From the NCBI RefSeq assembly GCF_009914755.1, contig NC_060932.1: 64,000 nucleotides of DNA. One strand, written 5' to 3'. The notes under the pieces are model-generated. The model worked only from the letters and a program-made list of their open reading frames with translations. It made no database searches and was not told where the DNA came from. The translations under genes and the position numbers were made by a program. The stretch's first letter is position 1, and the number at the start of each line of letters is the position of its first letter. Positions 42,560 through 57,277 of the stretch are shown here, piece after piece. The DNA is from the human T2T-CHM13v2.0 reference genome, Homo sapiens.

Positions 42560-43190
42560 CCACTCATTCAAAAATATCTATGAAGTGTCACATCCTGGGC
42601 CACATCCCAGTGATTAAGATAACCAGGCAGGGGTTTGTGGTTTAGTGACGAGATACAGCTATAACTAACCTTTATATCTGGGGCAAATGTTTTCGTGGAG
42701 ATGAGCAAGGCACCATGGGCATGAAGGGGAGAAGTGGTCAAAGCTCAGGGAGGTCAAGGGAATGTTTCTCAAAGGCAGCACTGTCTGAACTAGGGGGGCA
42801 TGGGCCGAAAGTCTCCAGACTCACAGCAGGAGACAGGGGTATTATTTCAGACAGTGGGTAGCATGTGCACAGTGGGAAGGCAAGAAGAAGCATGGCCTGA
42901 TGAGAGGGTGCTGTAGTGCCTCTGAATAGCTGGAACACAGCAAATGGGGACATTGGTAGATGAGACTCCATCCATAGCAACCTTGTCTGCCATCCTGAGA
43001 AATGTTTGGCCTTGATCTTGTAGGTGATGAGGAGCAGTGAAAGTGTAAAAATTACAGGCATGAGGGCAGGAGGGCATGGTCACAACTGGATATGAGAAAG
43101 ATTAATTTTGCTGAAAGGCTGGTGTTGGGAGACAGGTTGTGAGGTGATGGTAATGACCTGAATGTCACACTGAGATTAATTTAGGATGAG
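42560..43190 (-). mobile_element. L2 fragment
   Basis: CACTCATTCAAAAATAT 3' end, GGGAGGTCAAGGGAATGTTTCTC, AGAAAGATTAATTTTGCTG. Confidence 0.55.
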
Positions 43191-44061
43191 AGTATTACTA
43201 AATTTGTAGCTGCTGCCAGGTGTCCCTACCTTAGCAGGCAGTCCATTCAGATTTGAGATTGTTCAATTGCCAGGATGTTCTTATCATGAGCTGTATAACC
43301 TCTCTATAACTTCTGCTACTCAGAATGATGTCTCTTCCTCCACATGACAGGCACTTCCCTAGTTGATGTAAATATTTTTAGGTCCATGTCCTATCCACCC
43401 ATGCCTCAGTTTCTCAGGATCTGCTAGATCTTATCAACTTGGATTGTGCAGGAGGTCCATGGTCTTTCCAGACTCATGCATCATCTTAGGGACTTAGTAG
43501 TGGGGGTTAGCAACACTATACAAGATTCTGGCACCTTCAGCTGGGCTTTAGAAGAGGGCTTGTAATGAGCACATTCACAACATAATAGAACATCCCCTTT
43601 ACCCCTGCTACATGGGTTGACCCATTGAGTACAGGGTAGTGCTTGTATATATTTGTACTGAACTCAATGCTTCTGATAGTGCACCCTATAATTTCTCTAG
43701 TATTTCTGCCATAGCTAACAGCTGAGTGATAAACTCAAACTTGCAGGCTTTTTTCACATAAAATAGTTTGAGCTTCTACTGTGAATTGCATTACTTACCT
43801 TTTTTGGATGATGAACTTTGTAAGGGCAAGGACTCTTTTTTACTTAATCTTGGTGTCCTTTTCCATCTAGTATAGTGACTAACACATGCCAGCCCATCAG
43901 GAAATATGTGTTGAATAAATGTAGTTTGATTATTATTTTGATCTGCACTTGATATTAGTACTATGAAATTGTTCTAGCTTAGCACATTTGGAATCGTGAT
44001 TCTATTGTATATCATTTTAGTCATTATCAACCTTGAATCATCTGTAATCACTTTGATAAGC

Positions 44062-44543
44062 CTGTCTTATGGGTGGGTTCAATTTCTTGGTGTGTGAAAG
44101 TCCCGTGACCACAACTGGATTTAACAAGGGGATTGTATTACTTGCAAGAAGTATGGACACCAGGATAGTTCCCAGAGCAGTGCCTTCCCTAACTATGGTG
44201 AAAACAGCGCTTTCATTAGGCTGGTTAGCTATCATTGTATGAAGAGGTAAAGGTAGTGCAGATGCAGCTTCTGGTCATGTTTCTACATATTATCAATCTT
44301 CTACATACAATCAAACTTCTACATATGGTCATGCTTCTACATAGGTCACATGTATAGAAAATTGCAAATAAATTCCTCCTCAGGCAGGGTTTTTAGTATG
44401 GTGATGAGGAGAGTTTGTCAAAGTTTATCTCCAACTCTGACATCCCTGGATCCAACTGTTTTTTGTTTTTCTGGGGCTGAGTTTCTTCTTTTTAAAAGAA
44501 CACGAACTCAAGGTGCAACAGGGACAAGTGGGTAGTCTTTCAC
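44062..44543 (-). mobile_element. Solo LTR, LTR47-like (family recalled, uncertain)
   Basis: Minus strand starts TGTGAAAGACTACCCACTTGTCCCTGTTGCACCTTGAGTTC; CAGTTGGATCCAG and CCATACTAAAAACCCTGCC motifs. Confidence 0.6.
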
Positions 44544-44924
44544 AGTGTTTACCCAAAAACCCAGGGACCTTAGGCTACATCTTCCCTCTCCTGTATGTCA
44601 CTCTCCATGGATTATCAAGAGTTTTAGAAAGTTTATCCCTTTACATTGAAGAAATTTATTGTAGACTAAATAGGATTAGAATACATTTTGGAAATCTATT
44701 GTAAGGTCACAACTTATTAGAAGTTGTAGAACAATGGAATAATTTAGTTTCCTTATAAGCAGTATTGTTGATTATTGGTTTTTCTTTTTTGTGGTCTCCA
44801 GATACTTAGCCATCATTGATTGCTATAATCCTTATTAAGTATTTGAAGATGTTGAGTACCATCCACTGAAGGAGTCCCAGGGCTGATTGAGGAAGTTCGT
44901 GAATATTAAAAGATGGGAACACTG

Positions 44925-46100
<1,176 letters not shown>

Positions 46101-47114
46101 GGTTGTTTGGCACTTAGTCTTAATATCAATAGTGAGTTTATAAAAAGAAATATAAGGAAAATATTTTGTTGCTTTCACGGTTTCTAGAAAGGAGTATTTC
46201 TTATTGGATGTTTTGTTTCCTGACCATGTGTGTGCATGTGTGCTTTTTTGGGCATGCGTAGAGGAGTTCTTCTGTCATCTGTTGGCCAGATTTCATTTAT
46301 CTTACCTTGCTTCCTTGCACATACTCTTTATTTCTGCGGAATCTGTCAGTTCACATTCCCCAGGAAAACCGCATGTGGATTTACTAACTACCCATCTAAA
46401 GACACACTCACAGTTACACTCTCATCCCATGCAAACCTTAACTCCAGTGCTGCTCTGAAGGCCTTCCTTGGTGACCTCCATCATCAGCCCACAGTGGGCA
46501 GGACACCATCTGGTGCTTTTCGGTTCTCATGCACCTAGCACTGTGCAGCAATAAATAATGGGAGAGTCAACACATGACTGTTGTTAATAAGCTGCTGACC
46601 TGGGTGACCCAAGTGCTCTGCAGTGATTCTAGGGTTTCAGTGAATACGAATTCAGTCTGAACTGATAGAACTAATACTAAATCATTTTGAAATTCTACTT
46701 TCAAAACTGCTTATGTGAGCTTTGTGTATAGAACACCTATGTTTTGCTTGAGAGACTCTATAAATCGACTTGAAAATGTGTTGCAGCAAACCTATGATTA
46801 TGATCTGACTATGAATAAGACAGGGAAACTATATACTCTTTTTGTATTAAATTTATCTAGGTTAGACAACCTAAGAATATCCCAAATTTCATTTTGGATT
46901 TCTCATGGGCATTCATATTTTAATCTAGCTTTATCAGTGGGACAAAAGGCAGCGTATGCCCTTGATAACTTTTAACAGTGGGTTATATTGACAGAAAGTT
47001 GAGTTGACTCGTGATGTTGTAATCATGCTGATTAGAAATGATTTTTTTTTTTGTTTTACACTAAAATAGATGAAATTGTAATCTCTTAAGAGGTTATTTA
47101 GGAAATTAAAGATC

Positions 47115-47290
47115 CGCTATGATCTAATAGAGCACTGGATTTACACCTAGAAAACCTGGGAATCTGGAGCTGGCTTAGCTGTGTGACTTTGAAGTGGTCA
47201 CTTAACCACTCTGGGCTTTCTTTTTCTCATCTGTGAAATGAGTCAACTGGAGCAGATGACCGTATGATCCCTAAGTTTCAAGCATCTGTG
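47115..47290 (+). mobile_element. MIR fragment
   Basis: TAGCTGTGTGACTTTG...CACTTAACCACTCTGGGCTT..TTTCTCATCTGTGAAATG core. Confidence 0.7.
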
Positions 47291-49109
47291 CTATGAGTTA
47301 TTTGTATTAGGATCGTTTTGATTTCACATGGCAACTTTGAAGATAAATCCAATCTTGAAGTTCTCCATATGTGGTATTACTCCCTGTCTTAATCACAGTT
47401 GAGTGACTTTTCTATCTGTGAATTCATTCTAGTAAGTGTTCAGCTCTTTGCTATTTTCTCCCTTCAAAAGTGTGAGAAGGATAAGGCAAAAATCATGAGA
47501 AAAATGAACAGGGATTTTAGATATAATTTTTGGCCAAAATAAAAGTATTGGTTGCAAAATATTAAAATACAGAACCTTTTGCTTTGTTATATGGGTCACA
47601 ATCAAATTAATATGGGCCCAAATATATTTTAAATCAATATTTCTCTAACATAATAACAGCACATGATTTCATTAATTTGAGTTTCTGGAAATCCCATATA
47701 CTTCAGCAAGCAAATAAAATACTATCTTAAATTTCAGGTATTAAAGCAATAAAAAGAACCATGGGACTTGGAGTTTATATTTCTATTTTAATCTAATACT
47801 AATTTACTCTGTGTTCTTGTTGAACCTTGTTAGGTAATGGGACAGGAGAAAGTAGGCTGTTTTGAAAGTTTTGAAAGTGAGTGGAAAGTATCAATCTTAG
47901 TTGTTATTTAAATGGGCATTTTCAGGCTCTTTGTATTGTTTTGAAGCGATAGAAAATCTAGGTCAGGATTTACAGCCTTCCTAATACATGTTTAGTGTAT
48001 CATTCATTACACATCTCTCCAGAAAGGCGATGATAGTGCTGAGGACGCTGGCATAGATCTTAATGAAGTAGTTTTTTAGCCATTATCTGTTGGAGTCCCA
48101 AGTGCCTCCTTAAAATATTTTTCTCTTGGTTCCTCCTATAAACCTGCAAAATATACAGTAAATCTCAATAAAGAAGATATCTATTGCAGACAGGACACTT
48201 CCTTCCCTGTCTGTTGGCTCCTGCTTTTGAGTAAACAAAGACGCAGTCATTTGGACTGATGGTATCTGACAAAAGCAGATGCTGGAGGAGAAGACGGTTA
48301 AGATTTTCAACACAGTATTTTCTTTAGCATTGCCAGCTGTCCCGATAACCATCACTTTCATGACTCGTCCCAGTATCTCCAAGTGCAGCGAAAGCAGAAC
48401 ATGTCCAGCAGAAGCAGCTTTCCTCCAGGAGTCTCCGTTTCTTTCCCCGTTTGTAAAAAGGAGTCATTTCTCGGTCCAGTCGATGTTAATTTTTGCTGAT
48501 AATGAAATAGTTTGTACTTGAAATTTGGGACTATTGAGGCCATCAAGATCTGTCCTCAATCCAGGAAAAAGAAGTCCAGGACCAGCGGAAACATGTGTTT
48601 GTTCGTGACCTTGGGTCTGAACTGCATTTGGAGGACAGAAGGAGCTACTAGACCTGTCTTGTGATATCTTCTCCCTTTGCAAATATTAACGATGTTTCTG
48701 GAGGACAGTGTAGCTGTTTTCCTAGCCAGTTTTGCAGTTGTTTATGAGGAGGCTCCATCATTTTCTGCATGATTCTGTGAGTTAGAAGGAGTGACATGTC
48801 CTTTCTGGGATGTTGAGTATGAAGCAGTGCAAAGCCGGGGTTCCCCAGGCTCATGGAAATACACAGGCTCTCATTTAGTTTGTTTTCCATTGAATACATG
48901 AAGTTGGCCTCATACTTTGATTTTTGTTTCCTTTTGGAATCAGTTTTAGTTTCCTGGAGCAGCTGAATTAGAAACAGGCTTTGAACCTAGTTTATCCTTA
49001 GATAAATACAATGTCTGTGATTCAAGGAAAAACAATTTCTTTTGAATGATACCTTTTAATCACTTTTATTCTCCAGCATAATTTTTAATCTGCGTCTTTT
49101 TCCTTTTAG

Positions 49110-49207
49110 AAATCTCCAAATTGGACATCCAGAGCAGCATTCTTGTTCTGTCTACGTCTTGAATTAGAAACTATCAAGCTCTGTAAGTCCTGAAAAGGAA
49201 ATAAAAG
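49110..49207 (+). other. Non-coding internal exon (98 nt, or 73 nt if donor at 49182 is used)
   Basis: Branch-like TTTAAT, pyrimidine tract tctttttcctttt, AG at 49108-49109; donors TCT|GTAAGT (49182) and AAG|GTAATT (49207); unique sequence, no ATG. Confidence 0.7.
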
Positions 49208-50421
49208 GTAATTACATTAAAAATTTATTATTAAAATCATGTAGGAATCTGGTTATAAAGTAAATTTGATCCTTTATATGTTGAGCAGAATTTAGGTATT
49301 CCCCAATTTTTCCCACCTTTTTCGTTCTTAAATACTTTCCCTTCCCTCCTTCCTTCTTTCTTCTCTCCCTTCCTCCCCCTTCCTTTTCATATATTCATTT
49401 AGCAAACTTTTGTGGACTCTGCCCTGTGCTGGTCACTGTTCTAAGCACACACACTTTATTCCAACTTCCCATGCCCTGGCAGGAATGGGGAGATTGGCAA
49501 AAACCATCCTTGTAGAACTGGCTCCCCAGCCTCTGTGCCGGCTGCTGGGGGGCAGATGCTCTGCCATTGGTTTGGCTGAGGCTGATCTCGGCACCTGCCC
49601 CACCTTCACTATCCCCACTGGCCTTGAAATGCATGCGCTTCTCCCAGCCCTCTGAACTTGCCTGGGTGTTCACTTGCAGTGGCTTTTTTACCTGAGAATT
49701 CTGAACACTCAGTGGACATTTAACTTCCCCAATTGGGACTGTTAGAATTATAATCACTCATGGGGATAAGTAAAACAGAAACAGTGTACTGTTCCCCAAC
49801 TACTGAATATGTGAATATTCTCACTGGACATGGGACCTAGTATATATATTTTTAATTATTAACATAATGTAAATATTGCAAACAAATAAATGTTACAGAT
49901 AGGTAGCATAGAATGCAACTTTCTACTCAAAAGCCACTCTCCAGAGAAAATATTGGTTAGATTTAGGTGCACATTCTTTAATTATTTTTTCTCCATGCAC
50001 ATACTAATGTTCAGGTGTTCAGTCTGTATTAAATGCCTTAACCCTATGAGTGAAAGTATTGGGGTAAAGATGACTTCATAATTTCTGGTAAATATTGTGA
50101 CTTATTTTTGTTCTTGGCGTTTGTTAATCTGAATAATGATGTCTATGAGTTGGGGGCCACTGGCACACCTATGCACTTGGTTTATTTGATGGTGTTTTGT
50201 AGTCACTTTGTAGTCCAGAGCGCTCACCTCCCATTGTGTTAGGAATGCATTAATTGTTCCAGTGTTCCATAGAGAACCTGGACTCGTGTGGCAAGGTGAA
50301 CACCCTTATCTTGGGTGGTGGGCAGGAGTGGTGAACTTCTCCCTAAGCTGAGAACTTCTGTGGTAAATCCACTTCAATGTGGCTCTTGAGACATCGATTT
50401 CATTTTAAAAAATAATGTCTA

Positions 50422-51270
50422 CTGTTATTTTAAATTCAGGGGGTGCACGTACAGGTTTGTTACATGAGTATATTGTGTGATGCTGAGGTTTGGGATATAA
50501 ATGATCCCATCAGCCAGGTAGCAACCATAGTATCCCATCGATAGGTTTTTCAGCCTTTTCCCCCTGTAACTCCCCCCAGTAGTCTCCAGTGCCTTTTGCT
50601 CCCATTTTTATATCCATGTGTACTCAATGTTTAGCTCCTACTTATATGTGAGAACATGCTGTTTTCTGTTCCTGCATTAATTCACTTAGGATAATGGCCT
50701 CCAGCTGTGTCCATGCTGCTGCAAAGGACGTGATTGCATTTTTTTAATGGCTCTGTAGTATTCCATGGTGTGTATGTACCACATTTTTTTAATCTAGTCC
50801 ACCATTGATGTACACCTAGGTTGAGTCTGTGTCTTTGCTATTGTGAATAGTGCTGCAGTGAACATATAAATTCATGTGTCTTTTTGGTAGAATGATTTAT
50901 TTCCCTTCAGTTATACACCCAATAATGGGATTGCTGGGTCAAATGGTAGTTCTAAGTTCTTTGAGAAGTCTCCAAACTACTTTCACAGTGTCTAAACTAA
51001 TTTACATTCCCACCAACAGTGTATAATCCTTCCCTTTCCTCTGTGGAAGGAGCATAAATGATTTCAACAAGCAAAAAACCAAATAGCCCCGGTAAAAAGT
51101 GGGCAAAAGACATGCAGAGACACTTCTCAAAAGGAGACATAACAAGCAGCCAACAAACATGAAAAAATACTCAATGTCACTAATCATCAGAAAAATACAA
51201 ATTAAAACCACAACAAGGTACCATCTCACAGCAGTCAGAATGGCTATTATTAAAAAGTTAAAAAAAAATA
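50422..51270 (-). mobile_element. Older primate L1 (L1PA13-16/L1PB-like), 5'-truncated with 5' inversion
   Basis: 50422-51043 is antisense L1 3' end; ~51050-51270 is sense L1 ORF2-end sequence (AAAAAGTGGGCAAAAGACATG...CAGTCAGAATGGCTATTATTAAAAAG). Confidence 0.88.
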
Positions 51271-54200
51271 GTTTTATTTTTCAGTGTTTTTTCATCTGTC
51301 ATTAAGCTGTCAGCTGCAAGTCAGTTGATTGCCACACGTCTTCCTCCTGCTGACCGTCTCTTACCCTGGCTTCCTGCCTCCCTCCTGGGATGCCAGAGCA
51401 TTGCTGCTGGTCTCAGGCTCAACCCTCCTACTACCTTTCCCTGGTAGCCTTTGTTAACCTCCCCACGCGCCCTTGGAATTGAGCCCTCCCATCACTGGAT
51501 GCCCACCAGTATATCCCAAAACAATTTTGCCGTAAATTCCAGCAGTCCCTCCTGAAACAGGCCTGGGTAACCAAGAGCCTGAGTAACAAAATCAGTAGTC
51601 CAGAGCCTACTATGGCCGAGGGACACAGTGGGCTGCGGTAACTAAGGGACAGATGACCATTGAATGGGCATGGTGCATCTGTCTAGACCAAGGCTTGTTA
51701 TCCTGGAATGCCTAGTGCCCTGGACACTCAGAAACCCTGTCATTTGGGTCTTGTGCTCCGGGTATCATTGAGTTGCCAGCTTTGAAGCAAGGCTTCTGTT
51801 TTCTTATGGTGAGTTCCTTCAGGAAAACTTGGGCAGGGGGAGTGTCCCAGCTGGATTTATCAGCTGACTTATGGGTCGGAAGGTCTGGCTCTGCCCAAAC
51901 CAGCCCTGACCCCTTTCCTGTCCATTGTTTCAATTCTTCTCATGTCTAGTGACAGAGAGCAGTCCTGGAGAGCCACACTCCTCAGTGCTGAGGGTAAGAG
52001 TGTGGGCTTTAATGTTAGAAGGACCTGTGTCAGGACCTGGACTCTGCCATGTGCAATAGGTACAGCCCTGGGAAAGCTGTTTACTTGATGTGCCAGCCTA
52101 TTCATCCATCAAAGCAGAATTACGATAGTGCCCAGATCATAGGATTGTTGTTAGGAATGTGAGTTGCTACATGAGCTGGCACATGAGAAGTGTTTAAGGT
52201 ATGTTAGTAGCTTATGTACTGTGATCTTCTGCAGAATGGAGATAATACCTACTTCTGAGGGTTGCTGTAAGCATTAAATGAGGTGGTGTATATAAATACA
52301 TTGTGCTGGGCGCATAGTGCATACTCTGTAACTGAGAGCCCTCCGTGATAATGGTAAAGTAAAAATAGCACTATCAGCAAATGTGTTCAGAATGGGACAG
52401 ACATTGTGACCCAGAGTGTGGGGGAATATCTAATAGTAGTAGGGAAGAATGGCCGCAAGTTCAGTCATCTCATCGTTAGTTTAAGTCATTGTCTAAACTT
52501 TGGTCACAAAGGCTCATTCATAAAAGCTTTGGTTATGATTGACTACTAGAGTGAATAGTCAAGAGTTATGTGTCCAAAAATCCTTTTATTCTTATTAGGT
52601 GCTACTTTTTAAATATAAAAGGCAATATATTCTTGGATTTTTATGAAATTTAAAAATCAACTTAAGAATAAAGATAGTAGTAATTATTTTGTTCTCTCAT
52701 TAGACAATATTTTTTATCATCCTTAAATGGGAAGTATACTGGAAAATGCTCACTTATGTTATATGGTTGTTATGAAATGATTAAAGCAAGCAAATTGAAA
52801 TCTATTAACATTTGACCCTGTCATCTCATACCTAAATTAAATGAGATGTGTTTAACAAACTTTGGCATTCATTTTCCTCTACTTTGAACTAAAGACACAT
52901 TTGAATCCTTGGTATATTAGAGAATTTTCTTACCATTTGTTTCACACATTTGTTTTTCGTATACTTGAAACTAATGACATTACTTGGCTTAAAAATGTGT
53001 TTTAAAGAAAAGAGTATGCATAATTCACTGTAAGTCACCTTAGAAAGTGAATGTGTCTGAGCCCTCCTGGCCATAGAGACCTGTCCTGTTATCTTAGCAC
53101 CCAGGCCTGGCATTAAGCATGCTCAGTTCAGATGGGAACTGAATTGAAAATGCAGCAAAGGAATTGAAGATGTGAAAACCCATTTGTTAGAATGCTGAGA
53201 ATATGATGACTTTTCAAATTTACCTTTAGCAGTACAGTTAAACTATAAAGAAAGACATTGTAGTGGGAGTAACATGTGCATTTGAGTGCAGTGATAGTGA
53301 TACTTGTTCTTTGCTCTATGCTAAGTTTAGGATGCCGATGGGCTGGAGTCATCTGTCTCTTGTTTCCTTCTGCCCTCCTTCCCTGCTTGCCCCTTCCCCC
53401 TCCTTATCTTACCATCCCCAACTCCTCCTCCTTATGAGACTGACCTTGTGCAAGGTCCCATGTGTTCTTGTTCTCCCAGCATTCCCTATGCAGTAGCCCG
53501 GGCCTCTATGGAGGAGGTCCTGATGTGAAGCAATAATGCTACTACACTTGCTGTTTCTGCAGTGGTGACTTGTATTCCTGTAGACCCTTATATCAGTTAC
53601 ACACCAAGGGAAGGAGTAGGCAGCCTCTCTTTCAGAATCATGGTGCCACGTCTCTCATGCTGACTTAAGTCCACCTCTTAGAGTGGTTTTATCAGTGTCC
53701 TTTGCTACATCTTTTCTCAGCTAATTTGGGATGAAAACATTCTGTCTCTATTAACATCATTATATTCTGGCAGAGAACAGTATTACGCCTGAATTTCAGC
53801 AAGTCTGTTTGCATTTCACAGGAGAGAGCCAGGCTCAGCCAGACATTTTATATTCTGTGTGAAATCAAGACTTATTATCTTACTTGATAATACCATTCCT
53901 CATGGTGGAAATCTAAAACTGAACTTGCTAAGTGTTCTTCTTTCCAACAGTAGACATCAGCAGTCTTAAAAATCACTGACTTTTTAAAGTAAATTTGCCT
54001 TATTTCATGGTTGCCCACAGGTTAGGATTTGTCATGAGATTAAGCTGGTAAGAATAATACAGCCACCTCTCAAAATTTGTAATCATGCCAAGTGAAAGTT
54101 TCTGAAAACCAAAGAGTAGTTAAGGTGCTGATCTGAATGGGATAGATTAGTGAGAACCCCCACTCTTCTTGCACACATGTGCACATGCAAACACATGTGT

Positions 54201-54865
54201 GCACACATACACACTTCCCAGAGGTGTGATTTGATTTTGGACTTCAGCTGTAATTGAGTTTGCTTCCTTATTTGCTTTAGGTATTGATCTGACTTGAGTA
54301 CCATTGAAGAGCAAACCCCTTAAGCATGAGTGTATTTTAATATGTAGTAGTATACAGTTCTTCAACCTCTTCAAACCCTAAGAATTTGAATTTTTCTTCT
54401 CCAAGTACAAGAGTATACTGGTTTTGTGAAATTTGGTAATATAAACTTAGATTTTCCCGGAATGAGTTTCCCTTATTGTTATCCAATCATACTTATTATT
54501 TTTTACCTTGTTTCAGTGTTTGAGTAAAGGGGAAGAACATCGGATGGTGTGTTTTGGTTTTTCAGATTGTTTGAAAACATCAAAGTATTGATAGACCCTT
54601 CATGTATTAATGCCGTTAAGGTACAAGTATGTTAAATTTTTTTTTACATAGTCTATAAGCTGATCAACCTACAAACCTACTATCTATAGTAAATGCATTC
54701 TTATTGTTACATAGGATTATCTTTTTAAAAACAGTACTTTTAGTGATTTGAGGTTTTATATATTAATATATAATTTTTACTTGCCTTCTCTCTAAAAGGA
54801 AGTTTTTTTGGTTTGTTTGTTTGTTTGTTTGTTTGTTTAATTAAAATGTCCTCCAATTTGGAGCT

Positions 54866-55153
54866 TAGAATGGTGGCTTATGAAATCCCAACACTTTAGG
54901 AGGCCAAATTGGGAGGATTGCTTGAGGCCAGGAGTTTGAGACCAGCTTGGCAACATAGTGAGACTCAGTCTCCACAAAAAAAAAAATTAAAAATTATCCT
55001 AGTGTGTGGTGCACGCCTATAACCCTAGCTACTCAGTTAAGCTTAGGCAGGAGGATTGCTTGAGCCCAGGAGTTGGAGGCTGCAGTGAGCTGATAGTGCC
55101 ACTGCACTCCAGCCTGAGCGACAGAGTAAGACTCTGTCTCTTTAAAAAAAAAA
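54866..55153 (+). mobile_element. AluJ-like
   Basis: GGAGGATTGCTTGAGGCCAGGAG and TTGCTTGAGCCCAGGAG AluJ diagnostics; preceded by (GTTT)n at ~54811-54838. Confidence 0.9.
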
Positions 55154-55927
55154 AGTTTTCCGATTTAGGTTGCATACATCAGTCATGATGATGAAATTCT
55201 TTTTTCACGAAAAGTATTGTTCACAATCTGTTTAGCTTTTTTAGTGGCATCTCTTTTCAGTGAGTACTGTCTTTGGCAATGTTTTCTGACTTGTTTCCTA
55301 ACTTAATTAGAATTGGAAAACAGCCGTTACTTTTCTCTCTTTCTCTTTGTTGTCTGGGGCCGTCATACCTGACTATCTTGATTTTCGCTTTCTCCTTCCC
55401 CCACTACAGTTAACGCTTCATCTCTGAGGCTACTTTCTTTGTTTGGAGTCTATCAGCTGAACAGATAGGCATCACCAATGTGTGACACAAGCAGGGACTG
55501 TCTGGGTTTGAAATGCAAGATGTATTGTACCAAATGAATTCTAGATTGTTTTGCTTAGTAGCTCACCCAATTTTTGTTTCTTTAATCTTCGAAAGATACG
55601 ACTGGGAGGATACTTGCACCTATTGAGAAAGCGTGTGGTCCTCTCCCTGAGTGATTGCTGATGACATAGAAATGCATGGTAGCCTCTTTTCACTTAAAAA
55701 TTAAGTATCAGGTACTGCTTACTCTAAATTAGGTTACAGAGCTGCCATCACTCCTCATCATCAACCCTCGGACCATTAATGACTGTTCTGTTTACTCAGA
55801 GCTGTGTTATATTTTGCATATGGAATCCTGGAGTGTTGAAGACAGAGATGTTGCATATTTAATTTTAACTCCTTGATTTTCAGAGGAGAAAACGGAGATC
55901 ATTTCACAATTGCCTTGTAAATAGCTA

Positions 55928-56271
<344 letters not shown>

Positions 56272-57277
56272 ATCTCTGAAAAGTAACAAGTGCATCAAAT
56301 TATATTAAAAGTGATGAGCTCTCTCTACCCACCCTTCAGATCCACTTCATCCCGGACCCAGAGAAGAGCTTGGCATTCAGGAATTTCCTAAACAGCTGTG
56401 TGTTTGTGTTTGCTCATTCATTGGTTCCTTTAACAAATGTATTCTGGGCACCCGCTGTGCGGTGCCAGAAAGACGTGGCTCTTGATTGAGAAGCACATAG
56501 TTAAGCCACCAGAGTTGTTATCTGATCCCATATTTCTTTATATTTAGCATTTGACTGAGCCTGCAAGATTTGTGTTTTTGACAGAATTCCCTGGAGGAGC
56601 TGAGGAAAGCATGTCAGCCTGACGGCATTTCTCTGGAGCCAGATCGCCGGGTGCCAGCCTGGGCTGGCACTCACAGGGCCCCTCCTTGCTGGCCCTGCTG
56701 AGCCCAGAGTCATTGTCATTCTCAGAACCTCCTATGTTTGGGTTATGCTGAAAATGCAGGGAGCTCTCTTAGATCAGCCTTAATTTGACTGGAAGAGGAA
56801 ACTCATTTCCTGCAGAGTGCCTGTAATGTGTCCAGTCCCTGTTTGTCTCCCTGCTGGTTGGCCGAGGCAGGCGAGTCCACCCTGGAGCACCACAGGCCTG
56901 TTCCAGGGGCCAAGAAGGCCTTTGTCTCCAGCTTCACTTTCTTACTCTTTGCTTTTCAACTTCTCACCAGCCATGTAGAAAAAGTCTTATACATGTGAGA
57001 TCCCATTGAGTTTATATGGTGTTGAAATTTCACTCACTAGTACTCTTCTCACAATTTTAAAAATAGTCATTTAAGAAGTTTTGTCTGTTGAGTAGGCTGT
57101 GTTAGGAGCCGCTCCTATCTATGGGACAGTGGGAAGTACAGCAGGAATTTCAGAGCCAAATTTCAGATCTGCCTCCTGATAGTGGTGGTTTGAGTCACAT
57201 AGAGTAAGGTTAGTCTCCCCCTCTGGAGGTCACTTCTTATATATATTTAAACATACACACACACATACACACACATT

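Noticed and set aside
48110-48899. Processed pseudogene or minus-strand coding exon
   Set aside because: All frames are short and unrecognisable; no poly(A) or TSD seen. Kept only as a regulatory candidate.
54170-54214. Alternating purine-pyrimidine palindromic tract (GCACACATGTGCAC...)
   Set aside because: Ordinary degenerate (CA)n/(TG)n low-complexity sequence.
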